Of a DNA stretch of 28,563 nucleotides, positions 26,565 to 28,563 are shown piece by piece. Origin of the DNA: Candidatus Thorarchaeota archaeon (GTDB lineage: Archaea; Asgardarchaeota; Thorarchaeia; Thorarchaeales; Thorarchaeaceae); NCBI GenBank assembly GCA_003345555.1, contig PRDJ01000024.1:1-28563 (forward strand), given 5' to 3'. Each line of letters opens with the position of its first letter. The stretch's first letter is position 1. Below the pieces are notes generated by a model. That model was not told the DNA's origin, did no database searches, and was given only the letters and a program-made list of their open reading frames with translations. The translations under genes and the position numbers were made by a program.

Positions 26565-26579
26565 CTTAAACTTATATAT
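26565..26579 (+). promoter_or_regulatory. Candidate BRE/TATA box for tfb
   Basis: CTTAAAC-TTATATAT lies about 110 nt upstream of the tfb ATG. Confidence 0.5.
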
Positions 26580-26690
26580 CCATGTAACTCCGTCACGGAA
26601 CAGCTTTCCCGGATAGCAGTTTTGTTTGCTGATTGTTGGCTTCCAATTCTGGGGCCAAGTCGCCGGGGAGGCAAATCAAGGTGAATTGAC

Positions 26691-27635
26691 ATGGCAAAAC
26701 CAGCCCGCGCTATGGCCGACAAGCGACAAGGCCTGGCAGTGTGCTCCATATGCGGCGGAAGCCAGTTCTACGAGGACTTGACCCGAGGAGAGAACATCTG
26801 CATTTCCTGCGGCTGCGTCATCAATGACAGAATCATGGATACAGGACCAGAATGGAGGGCATTCACTGCTGAGGAAAAGAACGCTAGGGCCAGAACCGGA
26901 TCACCTTTGACGCTCACCATGGCAGACAAGGGCCTAGCCACGACCATAGGGTGGAGCGACAGGGATGCCAACGGTCGTTCTATTGCTGCAAACAACAGGG
27001 CCGCAATCTACAGAATGCGGAAGTGGCAAATCAGAACGCTCGTCCACAGCTCTCAGCATCGGAACCTCAGCATTGCGATGAGCGAGATGGATAGGCTCAC
27101 GTCGCAGCTCGGTATCCCGGGAGAGACAAAGGAGACCGCAGCCCTGATCTACAGGAAAGCTCTTGGCAGACGCTTGGTTCGAGGAAGAAGCATCGAAGGC
27201 ATGGTAGCGGCTGGGATATACCTGTCCTGTCGGATTCACAAGATTCCTAGACAGCTTGATGAGATAGTCACTGAGGCAAGAGTGAACAGAAAGGAACTCG
27301 GCCAGTGCGTAAGACTGATTCTACGCAACGTCGACATCAGGGTTCCAATCCCCTCTGCGAACGACTTGATGCCACGAATCTCTGCGGACTTGTCCCTTGA
27401 TGGCAAGACCCTACGGTGCGCAATGGATATCATCAACAAGGCCAGAAAGCATGGCCTCACAGCAGGCAAAGACCCAGGTGGCCTGGCAGCTGCTGCGCTC
27501 TACATTGCGGGAATAATAGAGAACGACAGACGTACTCAGAGGGAAATTGCTGAGGCGTCCAACGTCACCGAAGTGACTGTGAGGAACCGCTACAAGGATC
27601 TCGCACAGAGTCTGCAGATCACAATCAGGCCTTAG
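26691..27635 (+). CDS. tfb: Transcription initiation factor IIB
   Basis: Zn ribbon CSIC...CISCG, B-reader motif DTGPEWRAF, and two cyclin repeats (GRSIEGMVAAGIY; GKDPGGLAAAALY...TQREIAEASNVTEVTVRNRY). Confidence 0.97.
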   Translation: MAKPARAMADKRQGLAVCSICGGSQFYEDLTRGENICISCGCVINDRIMDTGPEWRAFTAEEKNARARTGSPLTLTMADKGLATTIGWSDRDANGRSIAANNRAAIYRMRKWQIRTLVHSSQHRNLSIAMSEMDRLTSQLGIPGETKETAALIYRKALGRRLVRGRSIEGMVAAGIYLSCRIHKIPRQLDEIVTEARVNRKELGQCVRLILRNVDIRVPIPSANDLMPRISADLSLDGKTLRCAMDIINKARKHGLTAGKDPGGLAAAALYIAGIIENDRRTQREIAEASNVTEVTVRNRYKDLAQSLQITIRP

Positions 27636-27721
27636 TGATGCTCTCGGTTCCCTCAGGTTTGCCATGAACTTGCAGAGGGAATCATTCTTCTGCACAAACT
27701 GTGAGCAAGAGGAGTAATCAG

Positions 27722-28477
27722 ATGACGAAATTCCTGCTTGCTCTGTGCGGACTGCCGGCCTCTGGAAAGACAACTCTTGCAGAGGAGGTCAGAAAAAGCC
27801 TGAAGTCGCGCTCAAAGGTCGAGATTGTTAGCACCGACAAGTGGCGCGACCAAGACTACTATGCCAAGTTCACGCCTGAGAAAGAACATACTGTCAGGCA
27901 GGCTGCACTCGAGACGACGACGAGAATCCTCTCAAGAGGAACATCGGTCATCCATGACGACACCAACTACTACAGCAGTATGCGTCACGAGCTCTATTCA
28001 ATCGCGAAGGAGAGCAGGTGCGCATTTGCTGTAGTCCATATTTCCACCCCGCTTGAAGTTGCACTGAACTGGAATCTGTCAAGAGCAGATCCGCTACCTG
28101 AGGAAGTCATCCTCAAGATAGCACGCAACTTCGAACCGCCTGGATCCAAGTACGAATGGGATAGGGCAGTCGCAGTTGTGGACCTATCTCAGACCAAGGC
28201 TGAGGACGCGGCACGAGAGGTCGCTAAGATAATCCGCACACTAAGGACAATCCACGAAAAGACCAGGGAAGCCGGCGAACCAGTGGTGGATTTGCTGGAT
28301 ATCGCCACACGCCAAGCGGTTGCTTCGTTCCTTAGCGAATTCGAGACGTACAGAAGTGATCCGAGAGTGCATAGAATCAGAAGAACAATACTTGCGGAAT
28401 CGAGGAAGAGAAGCGCAACACCAGAGGAAGCAAGAGACCGTGTCACAGTCGAACTGAAGCGGCTATCGTCCTCATAG
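27722..28477 (+). CDS. pstk: L-seryl-tRNA(Sec) kinase (PSTK; Kti12-related family)
   Basis: P-loop CGLPASGKTT, then STDKWR, DDTNYYSSMRHEL and FEPPGSKYEWD, closely matching archaeal PSTK motifs. SD GAGGAG precedes ATG 27722, and the gene is adjacent to tRNA-Sec. Confidence 0.85.
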   Translation: MTKFLLALCGLPASGKTTLAEEVRKSLKSRSKVEIVSTDKWRDQDYYAKFTPEKEHTVRQAALETTTRILSRGTSVIHDDTNYYSSMRHELYSIAKESRCAFAVVHISTPLEVALNWNLSRADPLPEEVILKIARNFEPPGSKYEWDRAVAVVDLSQTKAEDAAREVAKIIRTLRTIHEKTREAGEPVVDLLDIATRQAVASFLSEFETYRSDPRVHRIRRTILAESRKRSATPEEARDRVTVELKRLSSS

Positions 28478-28507
28478 GGCCCGCTGACATGACTACACCC
28501 TTGGTAA

Positions 28508-28563
28508 TGGCGGCCCCCCAAGAGAATCGAACTCTTATCGCTTGCACGATCATGGGTTTGAAG
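28508..28563 (-). tRNA. selC: tRNA-Sec(UCA), 3' two-thirds only (5' part beyond the window edge)
   Basis: The minus strand reads CUUCAAA (anticodon loop; UCA at 28561-28559), CCCAUG, a variable arm AUCGU-GCAA-GCGAU, A, a 4-bp T arm AGAG-UUCGAUU-CUCU, a 9-nt acceptor 3' strand UGGGGGGCC, G73 and an encoded CCA. This is the archaeal/eukaryal 9/4 fold. Confidence 0.93.

Noticed and set aside
27664-27700. Second SECIS-like hairpin (ATGAA followed by TGCAGA/TCTGCA stem) between tfb and pstk
   Set aside because: The 3' side lacks the GA of the quartet, there is no A-rich apical loop, and tfb has no in-frame UGA. It is probably an ordinary hairpin.
1-28563. CRISPR arrays, transposases, integrases, rRNA genes and long tandem repeats
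   Set aside because: None were seen on reading either strand.

Overview
Archaeal chromosomal window with no mobile elements, CRISPR arrays or rRNA genes. It is most likely from an Asgard archaeon, possibly Thorarchaeia; this is inferred from archaeal LeuRS and TFB, Mvh hydrogenase genes and a eukaryote-type selenocysteine system. The left half (0.3-16.7 kb) holds two tungsten aldehyde:ferredoxin oxidoreductase (AOR-family) operons. They are interleaved with a metal-dependent deaminase, a PreA-like flavo-Fe/S protein lacking its catalytic Cys, a cyclic amidohydrolase, a MoaD/SAMP protein, a PfkB kinase, an orphan PAS histidine kinase and a B12-binding radical SAM enzyme. Together these may form an undescribed anaerobic nucleobase/heterocycle catabolic cluster. 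The main signal is absent from the ORF track. The mvhDGA hydrogenase operon has a split large subunit whose C-terminal Ni-binding motif lies in a separate 50-codon gene (vhuU-like, 19894-20046) with an in-frame UGA at the Ni-ligand position (RCYDC-U-LSCAAH). It is followed by a eukaryote-like SECIS hairpin (AUGAA/UGAC core, A-rich apical loop) whose core contains the gene's own UGA stop codon. At the right edge, pstk lies convergent with the 3' part of a tRNA-Sec gene (UCA anticodon, long variable arm, 9/4 fold, G73). A selenoprotein, its recoding element, the tRNA and the kinase are therefore all visible in one window.
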